NCBI GenBank assembly: GCA_963768715.1
Contig: CAVYJC010000010.1
Location: 85,199 to 149,198, forward strand
Reading direction: 5' to 3'
Source: an uncultured Bacteroidota bacterium
GTDB taxonomy: Bacteria; Bacteroidota; Rhodothermia; Rhodothermales; DATKEJ01
DNA length: 64,000 nucleotides
The notes beneath the pieces were generated by a model that worked only from the letters and a program-made list of their open reading frames with translations, had not been told where the DNA came from and made no database searches. Made by a program: the position numbers and the translations under genes. This document shows positions 49,901 through 58,648 of the stretch, one piece after another (position 1 is the stretch's first letter; each line of letters opens with the position of its first letter).

Positions 49901-50203
49901 GAGTTTCGATTCCCCCTCTTTGCGGCGCTGCTTCCAGGTCCGATACCCCTCTTCCCGCTTTACAACCTCCAGGGCGTCGGTTTCATCGATACGGGAACGA
50001 TACGCGGGGGAGTGAAGGATGAGGCGACCGAGGATTTACTCGATCAATTCAGATTCTTCGGCCACAAAGACCTCATGGTTGGCATGGGCTTCGGATTGCG
50101 AACGATCATGCTCGGGTACCCCGTCCGCCTCGACTGGGCATGGCCATACAATGGCGATTTCGGCAAGCGCCGGGTATACTTCTCAATCGGGTTCGATTTC
50201 TAA
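46922..50203 (+). CDS. Omp85/BamA-superfamily protein with gluzincin-like peptidase and PD40 beta-propeller domains
   Basis: Signal peptide, FGKNKVQY, HHELVH plus WFNEGLAEY, several WSPDG-type PD40 repeats, NAEFRFP and C-terminal YFSIGFDF. Confidence 0.9.
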   Translation: MIRSLAWTLTLAAVLLWAPESLQAQYFRFGKNKVQYQSKDWFYVQSKHFDVYYYEPGGKYLAEFAARAAEDSYVDISKDFQHEISDRIAILVYQSHNDFAVNNAAPLPEYAEGIGGVTELFKNRIAIPFTGDYRSFQRVIHHELVHAVINDMFYGGSIQSIIQNNISLRIPAWFNEGLAEYEALGWDTQSDMYIRDAILNDNLAPIPYLSGYFAYRGGQSVWDYVSEQYGREKIGEIMQRLRLTRSVEASFQRATGLTLEELSERWQKALKKVHWPEMAAREDLDEIAKPIVTREKGYYNTSAAISPQGDRIAYISTKDGLFDVYITNANDGRKIEKLIDGQDNTEFESLKILTPGISWSPNGRQIAIAVKSGSSDAITVVDVRTKKSTQYRIPGIDAIISVAWSPDGGRIAFSGSMDAQTDIFVLDMASQETVNITNDIFSDHEPSWNPDGTAIVFHSDRGDYTQLGRFRPDNFEMIDHDYSQFDIYRVVLGSAEAERLTFDETWDDRSAKFGDDPNKLLFISDRNGIYNLYEKDLITGRERPLTDVLVGIMQVSLSRDANKAAIVSLKEGTPSIFMLKTPFDRQIKGDRLVPNVWAERVMQDSEGPKAPAITLASEATLQRNPLLRDASDGVPFVKTLERHPSGALASRSTTTGMGTDGENTGEKAAPKDTSQALTSLDKIDFRNYVFSDAFDAPKEDSEVDEEYINPFEPEDNVTKDGHLKQKKYKLTFSPDIIYGTAGYDALYGGVQGLTQMMFSDVLGNHQIYAATNLLIDLRNSDYLIAYSYLPKRIDYTLSVFHSARILTANGGFSYFRYRYYGGGGSMSLPLDKFRRLDFSLSLMDVSQTDINNVTVPSESKAFLYPSLSYTKDVTIPGYIAPASGYRYAVSLSGTPGGISNIRFGTLLGDFRFYQSLGYGYTIAFRGSAAKSFGPNAQRFYSTGVANWINNSFDNYNGFPITEVSDFVFATPVMPIRGAEINTQNGTYFGLANAEFRFPLFAALLPGPIPLFPLYNLQGVGFIDTGTIRGGVKDEATEDLLDQFRFFGHKDLMVGMGFGLRTIMLGYPVRLDWAWPYNGDFGKRRVYFSIGFDF

Positions 50204-50222
50204 GAGACATCACGTAGCGCGA

Positions 50223-50251
50223 TTGTCACCCCTGCACTCGGGGCGTATATT
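50223..50251 (+). promoter_or_regulatory. Putative promoter of tig-clpP
   Basis: TTGTCA-N17-TATATT. Confidence 0.55.
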
Positions 50252-50263
50252 TCGCAATTAGCT

Positions 50264-50302
50264 GAGACGCGAGTCGGTTTCGATTCGCGTCTTCCTTTTT
50301 TT
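50264..50302 (+). terminator. Intrinsic terminator-like hairpin upstream of tig
   Basis: GAGACGCGAGTCG-GTTT-CGATTCGCGTCTT followed by CC and T7. Confidence 0.7.
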
Positions 50303-50341
50303 AGCCCGAACTCCGGCGGAGCAAATCGAAGCCCCCCTCTG

Positions 50342-51628
50342 ATGGAAACAACGATCACACAAGTATCACCTGTCGAATTCGAGCTCGAGATTCGGGCGCC
50401 GAAAGAGGTCCTCGAACCGAAAATCGACCAAGCGGTTCGGGAACGACGGCACCACGTAACGCTCAAGGGATTTCGGCCGGGACGCGTGCCACTGTCGCTC
50501 GTCAGAAAACTGCATGGCCGAGCGATTTCGTACGAGGTCGTCGATAACCTCATTCAGGAAACGTATAAGGGAGAGGTCCTGGAATCGGCCGCGCACGATG
50601 TTCTTGGCTCACCGACGATCACGAAACTTGAATACGAGCCCGAGGGAGATCTGCTCGCCTCGGTCCAGTTCGGCGTACGTCCGACTTTTGAGCTCAACGA
50701 TCTTTCCGCCGAAAAACTCACGCGGTATGCCCATGAAGTCTCCGACGAAGAGATCGAAGACGAGTTAACGCGTCTTAGAACCAGCCGTGCGACATTCACT
50801 CCGCGGGAGGAACCGGCTGAAGAAGAGGACTTCGTGCGCGTCGACCTTCAGCGGCTCGATGCAGAAACTGATGCGCCGTTGATCGGCGAGCGTCAGGAAG
50901 GCGTCACCTTCTTCCTGGGCGGCGAGCTGGATGCTGAAGCAAAACAGGCCCTTCTTGGAACGACGAAAGGCAGCACGGTTCGTTTCTCCCTGCCGATGCC
51001 TGACTCCGACGAACGCAATCGGTATCAGGCCGAGGTTACGGAGGTCCAACGCCGGGATTTGCCCGACCTCACAGACGAATTTGCCTCCTCGGTTTCAGAA
51101 GGGGAAGTCGAAACGGCCGAAGCACTCCGTTCGGGTGTCGCCGATCGACTCCGCAAACAATGGGACCAGGCCCTTCGTGACCGCCTCGAAAGCGAGGCAA
51201 TAAAGAAGCTCATTGAGCTCCATCCGTTCGAGGTGCCGCACGCCGTTATCGATCTGTATATCGATTCGATGATCGAGGATATAAAGCGTCGCAACAAGGG
51301 CGCTCTTCCCAAAGGATTCGACGGGCATGCCTTTCACCACGAGCGCCACGAGGAGGCCGAGGAAATGGCCCGGTGGATGCTGATCCGGGACAAGATCGTC
51401 GAGGAGAACAAGATTTTAGTCGAAGAATCGGACCTCGATGAGGCCTTTGCTGGAATGGGCCAAGCGGATGATCAATCTGGCGACTCGGTCAGGAAGATGT
51501 TCGAAAAGTACTATCCCGATATCGTGGATCAGATGAGCCGCCGCATTGAGAACAGAAAAGTCTTCGATTGGATACTCGACCAATTCGACCTCTCGGAGAA
51601 AGAGTGGCAAGACGATCGAGAAGCATAG
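50342..51628 (+). CDS. tig: Trigger factor
   Basis: LKGFRPGRVP ribosome-binding motif, 428 aa, upstream of clpP. Confidence 0.95.
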   Translation: METTITQVSPVEFELEIRAPKEVLEPKIDQAVRERRHHVTLKGFRPGRVPLSLVRKLHGRAISYEVVDNLIQETYKGEVLESAAHDVLGSPTITKLEYEPEGDLLASVQFGVRPTFELNDLSAEKLTRYAHEVSDEEIEDELTRLRTSRATFTPREEPAEEEDFVRVDLQRLDAETDAPLIGERQEGVTFFLGGELDAEAKQALLGTTKGSTVRFSLPMPDSDERNRYQAEVTEVQRRDLPDLTDEFASSVSEGEVETAEALRSGVADRLRKQWDQALRDRLESEAIKKLIELHPFEVPHAVIDLYIDSMIEDIKRRNKGALPKGFDGHAFHHERHEEAEEMARWMLIRDKIVEENKILVEESDLDEAFAGMGQADDQSGDSVRKMFEKYYPDIVDQMSRRIENRKVFDWILDQFDLSEKEWQDDREA

Positions 51629-51708
51629 GTGGTATCGCCACCGGGCCGCGGAACCACCGTGCACCTGCACGGTTGCAACGCGGGTAGTTTCAGACTGTCA
51701 GGAGCACC

Positions 51709-52398
51709 ATGGTTGACGATTTTATAAAGTTCAGTAAAGGCATCACCTCGCTTCCGAGCGAGATATATAGCGGACCCTTCCGCGACCAGTCGATAAGCGG
51801 ACTCGTGCCCGTCGTCGTCGAGCAGACGACGCGAGGAGAACGCGCATATGACATCTTTTCGCGACTCTTGAAAGAGCGCATCGTGATCCTCGGAACACCG
51901 ATCAACGATCAGATCGCAAACCTGATCGTCGCCCAGCTGCTATTTCTCGCGTCTGAAGACAACGACAGGGACATCAACCTGTACATAAACTCCCCCGGTG
52001 GGGTGGTGTACAGCGGACTCGGCATATACGACACGATGCAGTACATCAGTCCGGGGATTGCAACAATCTGTGTAGGCCTGGCCGCATCGATGGGCGCCGT
52101 TCTTCTTGCCGCCGGCGAGAAGGGCAAACGCGCGGCCCTGCCGAACTCCCGAATCATGATCCATCAGCCACTCGGAGGAGCCGAAGGTCAAGCGTCGGAT
52201 ATAGAAATTCAGGCTCGCGAGATTCTCTGGATGAAGCACCGACTGACAGAAATCATTGCGGTGCACACCGGCAGGAAGGCAGAACAGGTGCAGGTCGATG
52301 CGGATAGGAACTACTGGCTCGGTGCAGAAGAGGCCAAAGAGTACGGCCTGATCGACAACGTGCTGGTCCCGCAGGTGCCGAAGCCCAAGACAGACTGA
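51709..52398 (+). CDS. clpP: ATP-dependent Clp protease proteolytic subunit
   Basis: [28 protein letters not shown] (Ser), MIHQP (His) and DRN. Confidence 0.98.
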   Translation: MVDDFIKFSKGITSLPSEIYSGPFRDQSISGLVPVVVEQTTRGERAYDIFSRLLKERIVILGTPINDQIANLIVAQLLFLASEDNDRDINLYINSPGGVVYSGLGIYDTMQYISPGIATICVGLAASMGAVLLAAGEKGKRAALPNSRIMIHQPLGGAEGQASDIEIQAREILWMKHRLTEIIAVHTGRKAEQVQVDADRNYWLGAEEAKEYGLIDNVLVPQVPKPKTD

Positions 52399-52433
52399 TC
52401 GATCTTCAAAACGGATCGCTTACGATCTATCGA

Positions 52434-53471
52434 ATGAGATCCAGGATCGCCGCGCTCGTCGCCTACATCGCAATCGTTGGTCTTTTCAGCGCATGCCAAC
52501 GGGACGACCACGTCGAGTCCCTGGCCCCGCTTGAAGTGCCGTTCGACAGCTCGATTCACGATTCACTTATCGTTGCCACGGTAGAATACCATGGCGTCGT
52601 AGACACATTTTCCACGGGCGAATTCAATACGAACATGGGGCGTCTGAACACGCTCTTCCCCGAGGTGATGCAGGACGAGGCGCGTTCTCTTCCGATTCGC
52701 GAGGAAATGATGCGGCAGTATGTCCTGGAGAGACTGCTGCTCAGGGAAGCAGCGAGACGCGAACTGATGCCCGACTCTTCGGCAATCGAGGCGGAACTGG
52801 ATCGATTCAAGTCCAAGTTTGAGTCCACAGATGCGTACCGGCAGGAACTCGAGGACATTCATCAAACGGAGTCAGATCTTAGAGAGCAGTTCCGTGCGAC
52901 CATCGCTCGTGAGGCATTGGTTCGGTCGATCGAAGACTCACTTCCTGCTCCGACAGCCAGTGAGGTGGAGAGCTACCGGGAGGCTTTGTCCACCCGGCTG
53001 CGTGTTCAGCACATCCTGATCGGCGTTCCAGAAGACGCGTCGAAGGAATCGCTCAAGGCATCTCGTCAACAGGCTGAGGAGTTGCTCGACAGTCTCGATG
53101 CCGGTCGTTCTTTTGCAATGCTTGCACGCCGGTTCAGCGATGACGCCGGATCGAAAGTCTCGGGAGGCGAACTCCCGTGGTTTCGGAGAGGCGAGATGGT
53201 ACCCGAGTTCGAAAAAGCGGCCTTCCAGCTCAAGGAGAAAGGAGACTACACACACGATCCGGTCCGGACGCCATACGGGTACCACCTGATACGTCTCCTC
53301 GAGCGGCAGAAGGATGACGTCGTCACGGCCGATTCAGCGCGGGCCCTCCTACTCAGACAGCGGGTCAGGGCGGCCCATGAGGAGCTTCAGCGTCGCCTTG
53401 TGAGCGGAGCCGTCGTCCGAACGAATCCCGACTTTATTCCGGCTTCCGCTTCTCTCGTGTCCGGCGAATAA
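52434..53471 (+). CDS. Parvulin-type peptidyl-prolyl isomerase lipoprotein (SurA/PrsA-like)
   Basis: Lipobox FSAC, QHILI, FAMLARRFSDD, GGELPWF, MVPEFEKAAF and TPYGYHLI. Confidence 0.93.
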   Translation: MRSRIAALVAYIAIVGLFSACQRDDHVESLAPLEVPFDSSIHDSLIVATVEYHGVVDTFSTGEFNTNMGRLNTLFPEVMQDEARSLPIREEMMRQYVLERLLLREAARRELMPDSSAIEAELDRFKSKFESTDAYRQELEDIHQTESDLREQFRATIAREALVRSIEDSLPAPTASEVESYREALSTRLRVQHILIGVPEDASKESLKASRQQAEELLDSLDAGRSFAMLARRFSDDAGSKVSGGELPWFRRGEMVPEFEKAAFQLKEKGDYTHDPVRTPYGYHLIRLLERQKDDVVTADSARALLLRQRVRAAHEELQRRLVSGAVVRTNPDFIPASASLVSGE

Positions 53472-55431
53472 GGGTGACGCCCAGACGACCGATCGTCTCG
53501 TCGCTGCGAGCGGAAAGCACGATTCGGAACAGACGCGCTCCCCACTGCGCCCGCAAGTGCTCGTCGTCGAGGTCGATCGGCTCGATTTTGGCAACGGCAG
53601 CCGTCGAATCGAACACGACCAGGACGTCGTCGTAACCCTGCTGGCTGAGTCGGATACGACCTGAATCGATCTGTTCCGGTGGAAGCGCCGTAATCAAATT
53701 GACTCGCGGCGGCTCACGCAGGGTCGTTAGCGTGTACTCGTCGCTCACTTCGATCGCCCGCTCGTCGCGATTGAGGGCGATTGACCGCATCCAGCGCTCG
53801 ACGGCGGCTGAATCCGGGTAAGCGCCGGAGAGATCCATCCGAATCTCCGATCGTCGGGATGATGAATCGTACGTGACCTCGGATGCGGCGAACTCCCTCC
53901 CCTCCTTCTGCATCACGCCATTAATGGTAGGGTCGTTGTGATAGTCCGACTGGAAATTCCAGACCGTGTACCGATCAGAGGAAAATGTCGTACGGGTGTA
54001 CGTTCCCGGGCCAACATCGATCAGAACAGGCCGGCCGCTTTCGTACACGATGAAGCTTCCGACGTCGTTGTGGTTATGATTCTCTCCGTTGTGACCCGCT
54101 TTTGCAGCCAGATAGAATCCCTCGACTGAATCCTCCACCTCTCTGGCCGCCATCACCTGTGTATCCGAAAGCCAGACGTCTGCGATCAGCGGCTGAATCG
54201 GCGTAACGGCGCGGAGTTCATCGATTGCGAGCAACCTTCTGATCTGCCTCATGATGGATCCAAAACGATCCTTTGTCATCCCTTCGCCGAGCCGTTCAAC
54301 ACGGCTGAAATAGCCTGCGAAGCCCATAAGGCGATCGTCACCGATTCGCTTTCCGAAGAGGAGCATTACCGCCGGATCGGGAGAAACGCGCGGCGCGGCA
54401 TCCGCGAAATTGATGAAGTAGGATCCACCAACGTAGGTTCGATAGATGAACCGCCCCATGTTCTGCACGAGCGGTTCGTCGTAAATCGAGATGCGTCCGC
54501 CGGTCGCCGAATGGAGGATCTCGAGCGCGTCCAGCAGGGAACCGCCGGCCCGATTCCAGTAGTTCGGACCCTCATCGCAACCCCCGTCGTCGGGATAACT
54601 GTTCATGAAAAGATCGAGCGTCTGAAGGACCTTGTACACGCCGAAGGCTCGCGCGTGGGGATCGGTTTCGACAATCAGGAGTGATGCAAGCCAGTTTGAG
54701 CCTACCCAGGGAGTCCAGTTGTTGATGACGGTGGGATCGAAACCCATCCACCAGAAATCATCTCGGGTTCTAAGTGGCTCGAGTATCCTTCGCCGAACCT
54801 CCAGACTAATTCTCTTGGTGACAAGGGGCGAGACGTCGTCGAGACGATCTCCCATGAAATAGAGGGTCCACGAGAGCAGCGCTCCTGTTTCGGCGGCGAA
54901 GAGATCCACAACGGGCTCCTCAGGGTCGGGTAACCCGAATCCTGCCGTCTGGAGATCGAGGTGTGCCGGGACGCCCCAGAAGGTCTCTTCGCATATCAAC
55001 CAGACGCCGTCTGCGATATCATCGATGAAGCGTCCCTTGTTTTCCAACAGCTCGGCGATGACCATCGTGGCGAGTCGCTCGCGCCTTTTGAAGAAGATGC
55101 GCTGGTAGTTCGACCGGTTACCCGTTCGATCGAACTCCAGGAAAAGGCCGGCGGTGAGCGACTCCCAGGGTGAACCCATCAGGCTCTCGGCCGCGGCAAT
55201 ATGGGCCTCCCTGGCCTTCTGCGGGATGGCCTCCCAGGCTGCCCTTTCGTCAATCTTCGGAAGCGGGTGCCACTGGCCCGGGGCAACGAGAACATCGTAA
55301 ACGGTAGCCGGGTCGTATCGGGACGTAAGGAGATTCCTTTCGGTGAGATGCAGCTTCTGCGCCGCGGCATCGGTTCCGAACGCCGCCGCAAGCAGGATAG
55401 CAACCGCGATGCCTCGTACATAAACCCGCAT
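53434..55431 (-). CDS. Heparinase II/III-like family protein
   Basis: Signal peptide, NNWTPW, DGGCDEGPNYW, NFADA, GHNGENHNHNDVGSF and QSDYHN. Confidence 0.85.
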   Translation of the reverse strand: MRVYVRGIAVAILLAAAFGTDAAAQKLHLTERNLLTSRYDPATVYDVLVAPGQWHPLPKIDERAAWEAIPQKAREAHIAAAESLMGSPWESLTAGLFLEFDRTGNRSNYQRIFFKRRERLATMVIAELLENKGRFIDDIADGVWLICEETFWGVPAHLDLQTAGFGLPDPEEPVVDLFAAETGALLSWTLYFMGDRLDDVSPLVTKRISLEVRRRILEPLRTRDDFWWMGFDPTVINNWTPWVGSNWLASLLIVETDPHARAFGVYKVLQTLDLFMNSYPDDGGCDEGPNYWNRAGGSLLDALEILHSATGGRISIYDEPLVQNMGRFIYRTYVGGSYFINFADAAPRVSPDPAVMLLFGKRIGDDRLMGFAGYFSRVERLGEGMTKDRFGSIMRQIRRLLAIDELRAVTPIQPLIADVWLSDTQVMAAREVEDSVEGFYLAAKAGHNGENHNHNDVGSFIVYESGRPVLIDVGPGTYTRTTFSSDRYTVWNFQSDYHNDPTINGVMQKEGREFAASEVTYDSSSRRSEIRMDLSGAYPDSAAVERWMRSIALNRDERAIEVSDEYTLTTLREPPRVNLITALPPEQIDSGRIRLSQQGYDDVLVVFDSTAAVAKIEPIDLDDEHLRAQWGARLFRIVLSARSDETIGRLGVTLIRRTREKRKPE

Positions 55432-55440
55432 GGCCTTTCC

Positions 55441-56934
55441 TCAGCCAAGTTCGATCGTACACGCCAGGTACGAGAGCGGCGGCATCTCGAGAACTGCTCG
55501 CCCACGATCCACCTTGCCGCCCGAATAATCAGTTGCCGTAACCCTGTCGGGCGCCTCAAGAGTGTTTTCGGCCTTGGGGTCGTCTCCAGTCATCAGCTGC
55601 ATGCTCAGCAGTTTTTCGACGCTCCGATCGTCGACGGAAATCTCAGCGATCGCCTGCTTTTCCGAGCGGTTGACGATAGACAGGTGTACCCGATCAGCAT
55701 CATGAACCGCCGCTACGTCGAGACACGAGGCCAGACCGTATGAATCGGATACGTACGAGGGCCCTTCGGTGCCGACGACGAGCGAGACGCCGTTCCGTCG
55801 TGAGGCCATCATCGCCAGCGGCCAGTAAATGCTCTGGACGAGCAAACGGTCATCGAGTGTCAGCACCGGAGCTATAGCGTTCGCAATCTGCGCTAGATTC
55901 GCGACGTGAACGACGTCGGCATGACGAAGAAATGAGTTGATGAAACCGGCCACGACCAGCGCATCCTCGAGGTTGTAGCGCTCTTCAATCAGCGGCTGAG
56001 CGAATTTCCCGCCCCCATCCGAGAATTTCTTGAAGGCGGTACGGTACCACACATTCCACTCGTCGAAGCACAGAAATGCCCGCCGCCGGAATCGCCCTTT
56101 TTCTGCAACGAAGCGACACGTCGCGTCGACGGACTCGATCTGCCGATCGATATCGTTGGTAATTGCCAGGAAGTCGAGCGTGTCAGGCGTTTTCTTCCCT
56201 GCATACCGATGCAGACTGATGTAATCGACACCCGGCCCGATCCCTTGAAGGACCTCTCGATCCCATTCCAGCCACGTCGGCATCTCCGTGTTCGAACTGC
56301 CGCAGGCCACCACCTCGATATCCGGGCTAACGGTACGCAATTGCTCCATCGCCTGCCGTGCTCGCTCGGCATAAACACCTGCGGGCACATGTCCGATCTG
56401 CCAGGGACCGTCCATTTCGTTTCCCAGGCACCAGAGCCGCACGCCGTACGGCTCGCGACGACCGTTGTCAGCTCGGATGCGGCCCCATTCCGAGTCAGGG
56501 GCCCCGTTGCAGTAGGCAACCCAGGCCGCCGCCTCATCGGGCGTTCCGGTACCCAGGTTTACGGCAACCATTGGCTCCCAGCCCATCGTCTCGGCAAGCT
56601 GCAAGAACTCATCCGTGCCGACATGATTCGGCTCAAGCGAATTCCACGCCTCATCCAGACGAGCGGGCCGCTTGGAGCGCGGACCGATTCCGTCCTGCCA
56701 CCGGTATCCCGAAACGAAATTGCCGCCGGGATACCGCATCACCGTAAAATCCAGCTTTCTCAGGGCGGCCAGGACGTCGGTGCGCCATCCGGAATCATCC
56801 GCATGGCCACTGTCCGGATCGTACAGTCCTCCGTAGATCGCACGACCCAGGTGCTCGACGAACCCGCCGAACAACCGTCGATGCACTCTCCCGACCTGGT
56901 GCCGGGTGTGAAGAAATACCCGCGTTCTGTCCAT
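55441..56934 (-). CDS. Alpha-L-arabinofuranosidase (GH51)
   Basis: FVEHLGR, RYPGGNF, GNEMDG (acid/base), FDEWNVW (nucleophile) and ANLAQ. Confidence 0.95.
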   Translation of the reverse strand: MDRTRVFLHTRHQVGRVHRRLFGGFVEHLGRAIYGGLYDPDSGHADDSGWRTDVLAALRKLDFTVMRYPGGNFVSGYRWQDGIGPRSKRPARLDEAWNSLEPNHVGTDEFLQLAETMGWEPMVAVNLGTGTPDEAAAWVAYCNGAPDSEWGRIRADNGRREPYGVRLWCLGNEMDGPWQIGHVPAGVYAERARQAMEQLRTVSPDIEVVACGSSNTEMPTWLEWDREVLQGIGPGVDYISLHRYAGKKTPDTLDFLAITNDIDRQIESVDATCRFVAEKGRFRRRAFLCFDEWNVWYRTAFKKFSDGGGKFAQPLIEERYNLEDALVVAGFINSFLRHADVVHVANLAQIANAIAPVLTLDDRLLVQSIYWPLAMMASRRNGVSLVVGTEGPSYVSDSYGLASCLDVAAVHDADRVHLSIVNRSEKQAIAEISVDDRSVEKLLSMQLMTGDDPKAENTLEAPDRVTATDYSGGKVDRGRAVLEMPPLSYLACTIELG

Positions 56935-56949
56935 AAGCCGGCGAATGCC

Positions 56950-57513
56950 CTACCCGGCAATCTGGATATGGAAGGGCACGGCCGTCGTACCCCAGTGAAG
57001 AACGATCGTGGCCGAATTCTCGGTCACGTCTTCGAACGAATAGGTCAGCATCTCCTGGTGCGGAGCTTGTTTCGAGTCCACTTTTACGACCAGGGCGTCC
57101 TTCGCCGGATCATACTTGAACGCACCCCACTGCTTGGCCTGGCTGTTAAAAATCACGGACCATTCCTTCTCGCCGGGGATGGTCATAAGAGCGTATACAC
57201 CGGCGGCCAGCGGCTGACCTTCGACTGTAATATCTACGGGGATGACAATCGTCGTCGCCTCGTTGGCGCCCGAGCGCCAGACGTCGCCGAACGGCTGCAA
57301 CTCTCCGAAAACCTTTCGCCCTTTCACGAAGGGTCGGCTGTAAGAGATGCTGAATTGGGCCGTCCCGATCGTCTGTGCAACGAGTCCATTCGGACTAACT
57401 CTGACCTCGGAATTATCCCTTGGAGGGTGCTCGTACATCTGAGCGACGACGGGCGACGCCAGGAACGCGGCTGCGGCAACGATCAGAACGGATCGGGCAA
57501 GATGCATAAACAT
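56950..57513 (-). CDS. DUF2911 domain-containing secreted protein
   Basis: Signal peptide, RVSP, YSRPFVKGRKVFG and WRSGANEAT. GAGG SD before 57513. Confidence 0.88.
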   Translation of the reverse strand: MFMHLARSVLIVAAAAFLASPVVAQMYEHPPRDNSEVRVSPNGLVAQTIGTAQFSISYSRPFVKGRKVFGELQPFGDVWRSGANEATTIVIPVDITVEGQPLAAGVYALMTIPGEKEWSVIFNSQAKQWGAFKYDPAKDALVVKVDSKQAPHQEMLTYSFEDVTENSATIVLHWGTTAVPFHIQIAG

Positions 57514-57539
57514 GTCTTTCCTCTGGTTTTTTTGATGAA

Positions 57540-57941
57540 TCAGGGCGCAAATGTATAGCACCATGCCTCGCCCTGCAGGACGGTCTCGCCGTCCTGACGG
57601 ACCACTTTGACCTTCAACTGCGTAACGGGCTTCGTTTCATGTACGTGAACGACCTCGACTTCGGCGGTTATCGTATCACCGATGTAAACCGGGGCCGTGA
57701 ACTTCCAATCCTGGCTGAGAAAAACAGTGCCCGGCCCTGGGACGTCCATCGCTACAATGGCGTGAATCAAACCAGTCGTCAGTCCACCCTGAACAATCAG
57801 GGCCCCGAAGCGGGTCTTCTGGACAAACCCAAGGTCAAAGTGGATTGGATTGTGGTCCCCTGTCAACCGCGCATATGTTTCGACATGCTCGGGTGTCAAG
57901 GTCACCTTCCTCGAGGCCTTTCGTCCGACTCGGATCTTCAT
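57540..57941 (-). CDS. MaoC family (R-specific enoyl-CoA hydratase) hotdog protein
   Basis: LTGDHNPIH, IVQGG, PGPG and FTAPVYIGDT. Start taken at MKIRVG (57941). Confidence 0.92.
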   Translation of the reverse strand: MKIRVGRKASRKVTLTPEHVETYARLTGDHNPIHFDLGFVQKTRFGALIVQGGLTTGLIHAIVAMDVPGPGTVFLSQDWKFTAPVYIGDTITAEVEVVHVHETKPVTQLKVKVVRQDGETVLQGEAWCYTFAP

Positions 57942-58069
57942 GGCGATTCTGATAAGCTGATGAACGTTGATCAGAATATCAGCGTCGAAGTCACAACATC
58001 CAAGCATGGCGTGGGAACGTATCGAAGCCTTTGAACTATCATCTGACCAAGCATCATCGGGTGAGTAAT

Positions 58070-58582
58070 ATGGCAACACAAGAGCGAGCGATTTTCGCCT
58101 CAGGCTGCTTCTGGGGTACAGAGTACTACTTCCAGCGCGAGTCCGGCGTGCTCGAAACGCGGGTGGGTTACATCGGCGGACACAAGGAATCGCCCACGTA
58201 CCGTGAGGTTTGTTCGGGTACAACCGGCCACGCTGAGGCCGTTGAGGTCATCTTCGATCCGGAGAAGACGTCGTACGAGACGCTCGCGCGCCTCTTTTTC
58301 GAGACGCATGACCCAACGCAGGTAAACCGGCAGGGTCCCGATATTGGTGAGCAGTATCGCTCAGCAATCTTCTATTTGGACGATGAGCAGCGCGCCGTTG
58401 CCGAGAAGTTGATCAATCTTCTCAAAGAGGACGGATTCGACGTCGCAACCCGCGTGGAGCCGGCCACGACGTTCTGGCCGGCTGAGAATTACCACCAGCG
58501 ATACTACGAGCACACGGGGAAGACGCCTTATTGTCACTTCTACACGCCGCGATTTTCAGATCGTCCGGTTCGAACCGGCTGA
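58070..58582 (+). CDS. msrA: Peptide-methionine (S)-S-oxide reductase
   Basis: [40 protein letters not shown] and PYCH. Confidence 0.97.
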   Translation: MATQERAIFASGCFWGTEYYFQRESGVLETRVGYIGGHKESPTYREVCSGTTGHAEAVEVIFDPEKTSYETLARLFFETHDPTQVNRQGPDIGEQYRSAIFYLDDEQRAVAEKLINLLKEDGFDVATRVEPATTFWPAENYHQRYYEHTGKTPYCHFYTPRFSDRPVRTG

Positions 58583-58648
58583 AGTGAGGCAATCGCGGAT
58601 CATGTCCCCTCGCCCTCCTAAGCGATTCCTGCACGTCCTGCTCGGGCG

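Noticed and set aside
53434-53471. 38-nt overlap of convergent gene ends (also 60000-60025)
   Set aside because: Short 3' overlaps are common in compact GC-rich genomes.
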